Shown here in pieces: positions 29,917 through 38,123 of a stretch of DNA of 64,000 nucleotides (position 1 is its first letter; each line of letters opens with the position of its first letter). A program made the position numbers and the translations under genes. The stretch comes from an uncultured Alphaproteobacteria bacterium. Its GTDB lineage: Bacteria > Pseudomonadota > Alphaproteobacteria > GCA-2731375. Where the stretch lies: NCBI GenBank assembly GCA_951812805.1, contig CATOSZ010000003.1, positions 386,557-450,556 on the forward strand. The letters are read 5' to 3'. The notes beneath the pieces were generated by a model. The model was not told the DNA's origin. It saw only the letters and a program-made list of their open reading frames with translations, and searched no databases.

Positions 29917-31466
29917 TAGCAGCCTGTCGGACTCGGGCATGCAAGGATTGGTAAGATTGGCTTGGCGGGCGTCGATGTCATGGATTTACCCCCATGAAGT
30001 TGCGAACGCGGGTTGGCCCGCCCGTTCAGGCGTGGCTGAGGACGAACATCCGCTTGATGTTCCAGGAGAGCGTGGCCAAGGTCCATTCCCCCTTCGCCTT
30101 GTCGAGGCCGCGCAGGCTGAACTGACGCAAGCCCATCACCGATTTGATGATGCCGAACACCGGCTCCGGCGTCTGCTTGCGAAGCGCGTAGAGCGCCCGG
30201 CCCTCGGGTGTGGCCAGGCGATGGCACATCGCCTCGAGCGGCGTCGGATCCTCGGGCGCTGGCGGCGCCTCGGCGAAGCGGTCCCGCCAGGAAAGATGGT
30301 GGTGCTCCCGGCCGAGCGCGATCAGCGGCGCGATCTCCGCTTCCCCGCAGGCCTCGACGTTGGCCTGGCTGAAGTAGCCGCTGTCCGCCAACAGGGTCTC
30401 GACCTCGCCAAGCCCGTCCGGCAGGCCGGCGAGTGCTTCGAGCGTCGGTTCGATCTGCTGCTTGTCGTTCGCCGCCTGCACCACGTCGGCGCTGACCACC
30501 AGCAGGCTGCCGGCGGCCACCGCAGCCTGGGCGTTGTAGCACTGCTCGAAGCCGCCGCCGGCCACCGGCATGATGCGCGAGTCCGGGTCCGTCAGGTTGA
30601 CCTGGTCCTTCGCCCGTGGCCCCGGCTCCGGCGGCTTCGGTGGCCGCCCGCCCGGCTTGCGGCCGGTCCGCGTTTCCTTCGCCTCGCGGGCTGCCAGCTT
30701 CTCTTCGTACTCCGCCTGCTCCCGCGCATGACGCTCGGCCGCCCGCGCCTCGATCTCCGCCTTCGCCGCGGCGATCGCCGCCAGCCGGTCCTCGCGCCGT
30801 GCCAGCTCCTCCGGCACGCTCATGCCGTCGGGAACCTCGGACCGGTCCGCCGCTTCCGCCAACGCCATCAACTCCGCCACCTCGGCCCGCAGCCGGGCTT
30901 CGATCTCGCCCGCACGCTGCCACGACAGGGCGCTGTGCCGGCTCGCGTCGGCATGGATCTTCGTCCCGTCCAGCGCCACCGTGCCCAGTTGCAGCATGCC
31001 GGCCTGCCGCGCCAGCAGCAGAACCTGCACGAACAGCCCCTCGATCAGCGGCAGGAAGCGACGGCGGAACGTGGCGATCGTGTCGTGGTCGGGGTGGTCG
31101 TTTGCCGCGATGAAGCGGAAGGCCACCGAATCATAGCTCGCCCGCTCCAGCTTCCGGCTGGAATGCACCCCCGTCGCGTAGCCGTAGATCAGCAGGCCCA
31201 GCAGGACGCTCGGGTGATGCGCCGCCGAGCCCGAACCACGATAGGCCTTCACGAACGCAGAGAGATCCAGCTGCTCCAGCACATCGACCACGAAGCGCGC
31301 CAGATGACGATCAGGCAGCCATTCGTCCACCGAAGGCGGCAGAAGATAGCTGGTCTCCCGGTCAACCTGTCGAAAGTTGCTCATCACAAAATCACCGCGC
31401 AGGAGAGAATCAGACCGTGACAGTGAATCTCATCTCGAAACTCGGCTCAAGTCCGACAGGCTGCTA
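29917..31466. mobile_element. IS1182-family (IS5 superfamily) insertion sequence, copy A, ~1.55 kb, flanked by TAG (CTAG) target duplication
   Basis: Sequence-identical to 36155-37705. Terminal inverted repeats cagcctgtcggact...agtccgacaggctg. Inserted at a ctag inside istB. Confidence 0.8.
30026..31387 (-). CDS. IS1182-family transposase (453 aa)
   Basis: InsH-like N-terminal domain, central coiled-coil/charged linker, DDE_Tnp_1-type C-terminus. Confidence 0.85.
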   Translation of the reverse strand: MMSNFRQVDRETSYLLPPSVDEWLPDRHLARFVVDVLEQLDLSAFVKAYRGSGSAAHHPSVLLGLLIYGYATGVHSSRKLERASYDSVAFRFIAANDHPDHDTIATFRRRFLPLIEGLFVQVLLLARQAGMLQLGTVALDGTKIHADASRHSALSWQRAGEIEARLRAEVAELMALAEAADRSEVPDGMSVPEELARREDRLAAIAAAKAEIEARAAERHAREQAEYEEKLAAREAKETRTGRKPGGRPPKPPEPGPRAKDQVNLTDPDSRIMPVAGGGFEQCYNAQAAVAAGSLLVVSADVVQAANDKQQIEPTLEALAGLPDGLGEVETLLADSGYFSQANVEACGEAEIAPLIALGREHHHLSWRDRFAEAPPAPEDPTPLEAMCHRLATPEGRALYALRKQTPEPVFGIIKSVMGLRQFSLRGLDKAKGEWTLATLSWNIKRMFVLSHA

Positions 31467-31976
31467 GCCGCCGTCACCCAAGCGCAAATCGACCCCTTCT
31501 GCTCAGGGCAGTTCACCCAGGAGGCCCACAACCTCATTCTGGTGGGCGGAACCGGTACGGGCAAAACCCACATCGCCATTGCTCTGGGGACGCTGTTGAT
31601 CAATCAGGGAAAGAAGGTCCGTTTCTTCAACGCCGTCGATCTGATCAATGCGCTGATCAAGGAACAGGCCGAAGGCAACGCCGGCAAGATCATCCGGCAA
31701 CTGACGGCCATGGATTGCGTCATCATCGACGAACTGGGCTATATCCCATTCCCCAAATCCGGCGGTGCGCTCTTGTTCCACCTGATCAGCAAACTCTATG
31801 AGAAGACCAGCGTCATCATCACCACCAATCTGGAGTTCGGGGAATGGGTCTCCGTCTTCGGAGATGCAAAAATGACAACCGCGTTGCTGGATCGTGTAAC
31901 GCATCACTGCGCAATCATCGAAACAGGCAACATGTCTTACCGCTTCGCACAAAGCAAACAGCGACGACAAAAGTAG
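31467..31976 (+). pseudogene. istB: istB (copy 2) C-terminal fragment
   Basis: Walker [14 protein letters not shown]; continues the 29697 frame across the IS1182 insertion. Confidence 0.7.
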
Positions 31977-31988
31977 CCGCCCTGTAAG

Positions 31989-32039
31989 CAAAGCCCCAGG
32001 CTGATCCGCTATATGGAGCCAATCAGCCTGGGGGCTTTC
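31989..32039. terminator. stem-loop (16-bp stem) downstream of istB
   Basis: aaagccccaggctgat ... atcagcctgggggcttt followed by a short T tract. Confidence 0.4.
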
Positions 32040-32391
32040 ATCGCAAAGGCGGGCAAATCAAAACGGGTCCTGTACAGATTGTTCTGCAAAAGGGGTTTCG
32101 TAGCTGGGGCACAAGTCCGGGCCGATGGGGTGGATGAGCTGCCTCCGGCTGGTCCGGGCTCTCGCGATCGAAATCCATGAGGACTGGCTGGATGCCAACC
32201 GCTAGCTCAACATGATCCATCTCAAGGAGAGCAAAAGCGAACGCATCCAGAAAGCCGCCTGACGGCGGCTCGGCATGCCTGGCGCTCCGAGCAATCGAAA
32301 TCTCCGCGCCAGGCATGCCGGTGGCCCTCATCGGCAGCCATGACAAACTTGCAGAACAGTCTGGACACTACTTCAAAAGCTCATTGCCACT

Positions 32392-34248
32392 TCAAGAACC
32401 CCACCTGATCCCCACGTTCCGCCGCCGGCCCGGTTGTCCCGGTGGGCCCACAGGCCCCTCCCACGCGGCTTCGCTCCGCGTAACGCAAAGCGCTACACGA
32501 AGCCGCGCGGGGCCCTCCCGTGGACTACCGGGACAACCTCCGTCGAAGCAAGGGGGGGGGTCAATTTTGCACGCCGATAGGGGGTCAGAATTAAATGCTG
32601 ATTGACACCCGGGCCGGTCGCTGGCCAGGATGTCGTCGTCCGCCGGCAGCACGCTGCGCATCCAGGCGAGGCCGGCGGCATACCAGGTCGGCGAGACCAC
32701 CGCATCGGCCCAGGATTTGCGCCGATGGAGAACGTCCTCCGGCAGCACCCCCTTCATCGATTCCCGCAGCAGCAACTTGCCTGGGCGCAGCCGGCCCGCC
32801 CGGCTCCAGGGGTTGGGGCGCGGCCGGATCGGCAGGTAGGAGGGCGGCAGGGCTTCGGCGAAATGGGCGGGCGAGACGCGCTCGACGCCGATCTCGCGCA
32901 GGACCTTCTCCCAACGGGTCACGTCGATGCAGGAGACCAGGCGGGCGAAGCTCTGATGGCGAAGGTGCGCCGCCAGCTCCATCCGGGCGAAGCCCGACGG
33001 CGCTTCGGCAATGTGCCCGCCCTCGCCCAACAGCGGCGCCATGTCGGCCGGGAAGTGGGTCCGCAAATCCGCGATGGCGCCGCGCTCGCGCAGGACCGAC
33101 AGGACCAGCAGCAGCAAACGAGGATAGAGCGGCTCCAGGCTCGGGTGCACCCGGCGCAGCCGGTGCAGATGGCGCCCGCGTCGGGTGCGCGCCCGCCAGG
33201 CGAGCGCGGTGACCAGCGCCACGCCGCCCGGCCGGGCCAGCAGGCGGGCCAGGTCCTCGAGATGGGCCATGTGACTGCCGATGCCGAAGCCGGAGAGATA
33301 ACGGGTGAAGCCATGCCGCAGGATCCGCCGGCTCGCCGGCAGCATGAAGGCCTTCGGCCAATGGGTCGGGCTTTCGGCCCGCCATACCGTTTCCGGCAGC
33401 GCCTGCAGATAGTCCTCGAAGGAGATCTTGAAGACGTGGTGGCGGATACCGAGACGCCGGGCGACCGCGACGGCGAACGGCGTCTCGCAGGGGTGGCTCG
33501 GGTCGTCGAACTCGTAGGTGAAGGCCTCGACGTTGGCGGCGCCGACGCAATCGACCGCATGGGCGGCGATGGCGGAGGAATCGATGCCGCCCGACAGGGT
33601 GACGGCGACCGGGCGCGCCGGCCCGATTGCCCGTTCCACCGCGTGGCCGAGGCGATGGCGATAGTCCCGCGCCAGCGTGGCGAGATCGCCCGCCGGCGGC
33701 TCCAGCAGGCCAGGCCAGTGCCAGCGGGGCGCTTCGACCTCGCGTCCAAGCGTCAGGGTATGGCCGGGCGGCACCTCCTCGATACCCTCAATCAACGTGC
33801 CGGTGCCGGCCATGGTGAGGCCGGCGACGACGGTCTCGTCGACGGCGCTTCGACGCAACCGGCTGTCGAGGTCGGGATGCGCCAGCAGCGGGCGGAGGGA
33901 GGCGGCGAACAGCACCAGCCCCGGCAGCCGCGCGAAGTACAACCGTTCCCCCCCGGAAAGGCCGCGCAGCAGGCGCAGGCGCCGCGCCGCGAGATCGGCC
34001 CGCGCGAGCACGAAATGCCCCTCGGGCGGAGACTCGCCGACGAGCAGGCCCTCGTGCGCCTGGACGCCGGCCGGACCGCGCGACAGCTTGCCCCGACGGG
34101 CCACGAGCCAGAGCGGGCCCTCGGAGATCTCGGCGAGGCCTTCGGGATGGCCCGGCAGGCGGGCCAGCATGCGGGCCTCGGCCAGGGTCGAGATCCGCCG
34201 TCGCGCCGGCACGTCGTCGAGCGACCATGCCCCCAGCAGATCCGACAT
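32392..34248 (-). CDS. asparagine synthase (AsnB)-like protein lacking the N-terminal catalytic Cys; 3' end runs into an IS-terminus-like sequence
   Basis: PP-loop SGGIDSS motif and Asn-synthase C-terminal domain. Starts MSDLL, with no Cys2. The last ~60 codons cross a low-GC TGTCA-ended segment at ~32574-32600. Confidence 0.7.
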   Translation of the reverse strand: MSDLLGAWSLDDVPARRRISTLAEARMLARLPGHPEGLAEISEGPLWLVARRGKLSRGPAGVQAHEGLLVGESPPEGHFVLARADLAARRLRLLRGLSGGERLYFARLPGLVLFAASLRPLLAHPDLDSRLRRSAVDETVVAGLTMAGTGTLIEGIEEVPPGHTLTLGREVEAPRWHWPGLLEPPAGDLATLARDYRHRLGHAVERAIGPARPVAVTLSGGIDSSAIAAHAVDCVGAANVEAFTYEFDDPSHPCETPFAVAVARRLGIRHHVFKISFEDYLQALPETVWRAESPTHWPKAFMLPASRRILRHGFTRYLSGFGIGSHMAHLEDLARLLARPGGVALVTALAWRARTRRGRHLHRLRRVHPSLEPLYPRLLLLVLSVLRERGAIADLRTHFPADMAPLLGEGGHIAEAPSGFARMELAAHLRHQSFARLVSCIDVTRWEKVLREIGVERVSPAHFAEALPPSYLPIRPRPNPWSRAGRLRPGKLLLRESMKGVLPEDVLHRRKSWADAVVSPTWYAAGLAWMRSVLPADDDILASDRPGCQSAFNSDPLSACKIDPPPCFDGGCPGSPREGPARLRVALCVTRSEAAWEGPVGPPGQPGRRRNVGIRWGS

Positions 34249-34321
34249 GATCCGGGTCCCCCAGCGCGTTCTTCCGTGCCATCATAGCAGCCGCGCCCGA
34301 AGTGACGGGAAGTGGGGGGAC

Positions 34322-35317
34322 ATGCGCTGCGTCGCTTGCGAGAAGGACACCAAGCCGGCCGGCAAGGGGCGGCCGGCGTCCAAGTGCGGCCATTGCGGGC
34401 ACCTCTTCGCCCTCAACCCCAAGGTCGACGGCATCGCCGACATGGTGGTCAAGAAACTCATCGACGGCGTCACCGCCAAGGGTGAACATCGCTACCTGCA
34501 AGCCCAGCTGGAGCATGAACTCGAAGGCCGGTTGACCAAGCGCTCCAAGGGCTTCTTCATCTTTCTGCTGGTCGCGGTGGCGGTCGCGGCCGGGGCGGCG
34601 TTCTTTCTGTTGCACGCCGTCGTCGGGCTGCTCGTCGGCGCGGCGGGCTATTTCGCGGCGTCACGCTGGCATCGCAAGCCCCGGGCGCAGAGCACGGCGA
34701 AACGGGACGAGGCGGTGCGCCTGCTGCAGCGCTACGACCAGCTGAACCCGCCGAACCAGCGGGTCGACACGGCAGCCGCCGTGCCCGCCCTCGGCCCCGA
34801 CGATGTCGTGCACGACCGGGTTCTGGTCTGCCAGCGCCCGGATCACGCCGCCTTCTACCGGGAAAACGGCTTCGCGCTGACCGCCGCCTGCCATGTCGCC
34901 TGTCCGGCCGATCCCGCCGCGTCACGCGAGGCGCTGGTCGCCGCCGTCCGGACCCGCACGGCACCGGGCGTCTTCCTGGTGCACGATCTGACGCCGGCCG
35001 GCCTGGCCTTCGCCGAGGCCCTGACCGCCGACCCCGAATGGTTCGCCGACCACCCGGGCGCCCGCCGTGTCGACCTCGGCCTCACGACGGCTCATGGCGA
35101 AGCGTTGAGTGACCTCGCCCGTCCGCTTGCCAGCGACGAGGGCACCGGCGCAATCGCCGGCCTGCCGGAGGGTACGGGCCTGCGGTTGACGCTGTTTCGC
35201 CCGAAGGTCCTGCTGGAATTGACACGCAAGGCCATGGAGGACGAGGCCGCCTTCGTGCTGCCGAGCAAACGGGACGGCGCCGGTGCCGCCTTGGCGATGA
35301 CGGGCGATGCGGAATGA
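34322..35317 (+). CDS. hypothetical membrane protein with N-terminal CxxC...CxxC zinc-ribbon
   Basis: MRCVACEKD...CGHCGH then two TM helices and a ~200-aa C-terminal domain. GGAAGTGGGGGGA RBS. Divergent from the asnB-like gene with only 73 bp between them. Confidence 0.5.
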   Translation: MRCVACEKDTKPAGKGRPASKCGHCGHLFALNPKVDGIADMVVKKLIDGVTAKGEHRYLQAQLEHELEGRLTKRSKGFFIFLLVAVAVAAGAAFFLLHAVVGLLVGAAGYFAASRWHRKPRAQSTAKRDEAVRLLQRYDQLNPPNQRVDTAAAVPALGPDDVVHDRVLVCQRPDHAAFYRENGFALTAACHVACPADPAASREALVAAVRTRTAPGVFLVHDLTPAGLAFAEALTADPEWFADHPGARRVDLGLTTAHGEALSDLARPLASDEGTGAIAGLPEGTGLRLTLFRPKVLLELTRKAMEDEAAFVLPSKRDGAGAALAMTGDAE

Positions 35318-35324
35318 GGTGCGG

Positions 35325-35753
35325 CTATCCCGCCCGGCGCTGACCGGCAAACCAGGAAACGACGCCCCCACGCTTGCCGGCGGTGCGCAAATCGCGCAGC
35401 GAAACGATACCGACGGCGCGCCCCTCCACCGCCACCGGCAGATGGCGGTAGCGGCGGACCTGCATGAGGCGCAATGCGCGTTCCGGCGTCTCGTCCGGCG
35501 CGATGCATTCGGGCGAGGCGGTCATGACCTCCTCGAGCCGCGTCGCCGCGCCGTCCAGGCCGGCGGCGACGACCCGGCGGGCCAGGTCACGCTCGGTGAC
35601 GATACCGATCAACCGGCCCGCCGCATCGTTGATCAGTACCGCGGAGATATCGTTCGCGACCATCGCCTGCGCCGCCTCGCGCGCGCTGGCATCCGGGGCC
35701 AACGCCTGGATCGTCTGTCCGTCGACGACATCGGGAATAATTCGCCGGCTCAT
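35325..35753 (-). CDS. CBS domain-containing protein
   Basis: Tandem CBS motifs (ISAVLINDAAGRLIGIVTERDL; HLPVAVEGRAVGIVSLRDL); GGGAGGA RBS. Confidence 0.75.
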   Translation of the reverse strand: MSRRIIPDVVDGQTIQALAPDASAREAAQAMVANDISAVLINDAAGRLIGIVTERDLARRVVAAGLDGAATRLEEVMTASPECIAPDETPERALRLMQVRRYRHLPVAVEGRAVGIVSLRDLRTAGKRGGVVSWFAGQRRAG

Positions 35754-35863
35754 CGCATCCTCCCGTAACCGGTTCACAATAGGCGGGCGCTCCGCCGATG
35801 GCCAGTTCCCGCCCACTTCCTGTATAAGCGCCAAATGCAGCAGGGCATGGGAGGGACGACGAG

Positions 35864-36157
35864 ATGCGAATGATGCTGAGGTGGAGCGTACCGGTGGAGC
35901 GCGGCAACGAGGCGATCGCCGACGGCACGATGGGCCGGGTGATCGGCGAGCTGATGGAGAAGCTGAAGCCGGAGGCCGCCTACTTCTGGCCGGAGCAGGG
36001 CGAGCGGGCCGGCATGATGGTTTTCGACATGGCGGGCTCCGTCGACATCCCCGCCGTCGCCGAGCCGCTGTTCGTGAATCTCGACGCCGATGTCGAGTTC
36101 AATCCCGTGATGAATGCCGAAGATCTGCAGAAGGCGCTCGCCAACCTTCCCGACTAG
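35864..36157 (+). CDS. hypothetical small protein (97 aa)
   Basis: GGGAGGGA RBS and good GC3 bias. Its TAG stop coincides with the IS1182 copy-B insertion site. Confidence 0.45.
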   Translation: MRMMLRWSVPVERGNEAIADGTMGRVIGELMEKLKPEAAYFWPEQGERAGMMVFDMAGSVDIPAVAEPLFVNLDADVEFNPVMNAEDLQKALANLPD

Positions 36158-37705
36158 CAGCCTGTCGGACTCGGGCATGCAAGGATTGGTAAGATTGGCT
36201 TGGCGGGCGTCGATGTCATGGATTTACCCCCATGAAGTTGCGAACGCGGGTTGGCCCGCCCGTTCAGGCGTGGCTGAGGACGAACATCCGCTTGATGTTC
36301 CAGGAGAGCGTGGCCAAGGTCCATTCCCCCTTCGCCTTGTCGAGGCCGCGCAGGCTGAACTGACGCAAGCCCATCACCGATTTGATGATGCCGAACACCG
36401 GCTCCGGCGTCTGCTTGCGAAGCGCGTAGAGCGCCCGGCCCTCGGGTGTGGCCAGGCGATGGCACATCGCCTCGAGCGGCGTCGGATCCTCGGGCGCTGG
36501 CGGCGCCTCGGCGAAGCGGTCCCGCCAGGAAAGATGGTGGTGCTCCCGGCCGAGCGCGATCAGCGGCGCGATCTCCGCTTCCCCGCAGGCCTCGACGTTG
36601 GCCTGGCTGAAGTAGCCGCTGTCCGCCAACAGGGTCTCGACCTCGCCAAGCCCGTCCGGCAGGCCGGCGAGTGCTTCGAGCGTCGGTTCGATCTGCTGCT
36701 TGTCGTTCGCCGCCTGCACCACGTCGGCGCTGACCACCAGCAGGCTGCCGGCGGCCACCGCAGCCTGGGCGTTGTAGCACTGCTCGAAGCCGCCGCCGGC
36801 CACCGGCATGATGCGCGAGTCCGGGTCCGTCAGGTTGACCTGGTCCTTCGCCCGTGGCCCCGGCTCCGGCGGCTTCGGTGGCCGCCCGCCCGGCTTGCGG
36901 CCGGTCCGCGTTTCCTTCGCCTCGCGGGCTGCCAGCTTCTCTTCGTACTCCGCCTGCTCCCGCGCATGACGCTCGGCCGCCCGCGCCTCGATCTCCGCCT
37001 TCGCCGCGGCGATCGCCGCCAGCCGGTCCTCGCGCCGTGCCAGCTCCTCCGGCACGCTCATGCCGTCGGGAACCTCGGACCGGTCCGCCGCTTCCGCCAA
37101 CGCCATCAACTCCGCCACCTCGGCCCGCAGCCGGGCTTCGATCTCGCCCGCACGCTGCCACGACAGGGCGCTGTGCCGGCTCGCGTCGGCATGGATCTTC
37201 GTCCCGTCCAGCGCCACCGTGCCCAGTTGCAGCATGCCGGCCTGCCGCGCCAGCAGCAGAACCTGCACGAACAGCCCCTCGATCAGCGGCAGGAAGCGAC
37301 GGCGGAACGTGGCGATCGTGTCGTGGTCGGGGTGGTCGTTTGCCGCGATGAAGCGGAAGGCCACCGAATCATAGCTCGCCCGCTCCAGCTTCCGGCTGGA
37401 ATGCACCCCCGTCGCGTAGCCGTAGATCAGCAGGCCCAGCAGGACGCTCGGGTGATGCGCCGCCGAGCCCGAACCACGATAGGCCTTCACGAACGCAGAG
37501 AGATCCAGCTGCTCCAGCACATCGACCACGAAGCGCGCCAGATGACGATCAGGCAGCCATTCGTCCACCGAAGGCGGCAGAAGATAGCTGGTCTCCCGGT
37601 CAACCTGTCGAAAGTTGCTCATCACAAAATCACCGCGCAGGAGAGAATCAGACCGTGACAGTGAATCTCATCTCGAAACTCGGCTCAAGTCCGACAGGCT
37701 GCTAG
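36155..37705. mobile_element. IS1182-family insertion sequence, copy B (identical to copy A, same orientation)
   Basis: Flanked by TAG on both sides; the identity of the ORFs and nucleotide lines is visible directly. Confidence 0.8.
36264..37625 (-). CDS. IS1182-family transposase (copy B)
   Basis: Identical 453-aa protein. Confidence 0.85.
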   Translation of the reverse strand: MMSNFRQVDRETSYLLPPSVDEWLPDRHLARFVVDVLEQLDLSAFVKAYRGSGSAAHHPSVLLGLLIYGYATGVHSSRKLERASYDSVAFRFIAANDHPDHDTIATFRRRFLPLIEGLFVQVLLLARQAGMLQLGTVALDGTKIHADASRHSALSWQRAGEIEARLRAEVAELMALAEAADRSEVPDGMSVPEELARREDRLAAIAAAKAEIEARAAERHAREQAEYEEKLAAREAKETRTGRKPGGRPPKPPEPGPRAKDQVNLTDPDSRIMPVAGGGFEQCYNAQAAVAAGSLLVVSADVVQAANDKQQIEPTLEALAGLPDGLGEVETLLADSGYFSQANVEACGEAEIAPLIALGREHHHLSWRDRFAEAPPAPEDPTPLEAMCHRLATPEGRALYALRKQTPEPVFGIIKSVMGLRQFSLRGLDKAKGEWTLATLSWNIKRMFVLSHA

Positions 37706-37970
37706 TCCGCATTTCTCACACTATCCACGGCCTCAGCGGCGCTGTGGGCCCGACAGGGAAGGAGCGCTGCGCCGTTCGATGTGGTTCATCGTACAAGCAG
37801 TGCGACGCACCCTGTCGGGCCCACAGCGCCGCCCGAAGGGTCTATCTGGGCCGGCCGCTCGGCGAGATGCGGTCCCTCGACGTAGCCCCGCTACGCTTTT
37901 GGGCCCGCACCTCGCCGAATCGACTCGGCCCAGATAGACTGAGGCCATGGATAGTGTGAGAAATGCGGAC
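37706..37970. mobile_element. MITE-like 265-bp element with 31-bp terminal inverted repeats and nested internal palindromes, flanked by TAG
   Basis: The TIR tccgcatttctcacactatccacggcctcag pairs with ctgaggccatggatagtgtgagaaatgcgga (30/31). Internal perfect 23-bp IR gcggcgctgtgggcccgacaggg / ccctgtcgggcccacagcgccgc, and a further IR gtctatctgggccg / cggcccagatagac. Confidence 0.55.
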
Positions 37971-38123
37971 TAGGCGCGACCGACCGCGGCAAAAACACAG
38001 CCCCGTGACTTGACGGCGTGGGGCGGGGAGGCCAACAAGGGCGTCCCGCCCCGGGCGCCGTGGTCACCTGCGCCCACCCGACCCGGCGCTTACCGCCACC
38101 GCCCCGCAACCGGAGCCGTCCCC

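Larger units (their letters stand above)
28165..32125. mobile_element. IS21-family insertion sequence (copy 2, different isoform), left end abutted/truncated by copy 1 and istB interrupted by an IS1182-family element
   Basis: istA starts only ~36 bp from the right end of copy 1. The right boundary (~32125) is approximate, inferred from IS21-end-like repeats (gtttcgtagctggggcacaagtccgggcc). Confidence 0.55.

Noticed and set aside
33677-34321. N-terminal 215 codons of ORF 33677-35317
   Set aside because: Antisense to the AsnB-like gene. The real gene starts at ATG 34322 with a strong RBS.
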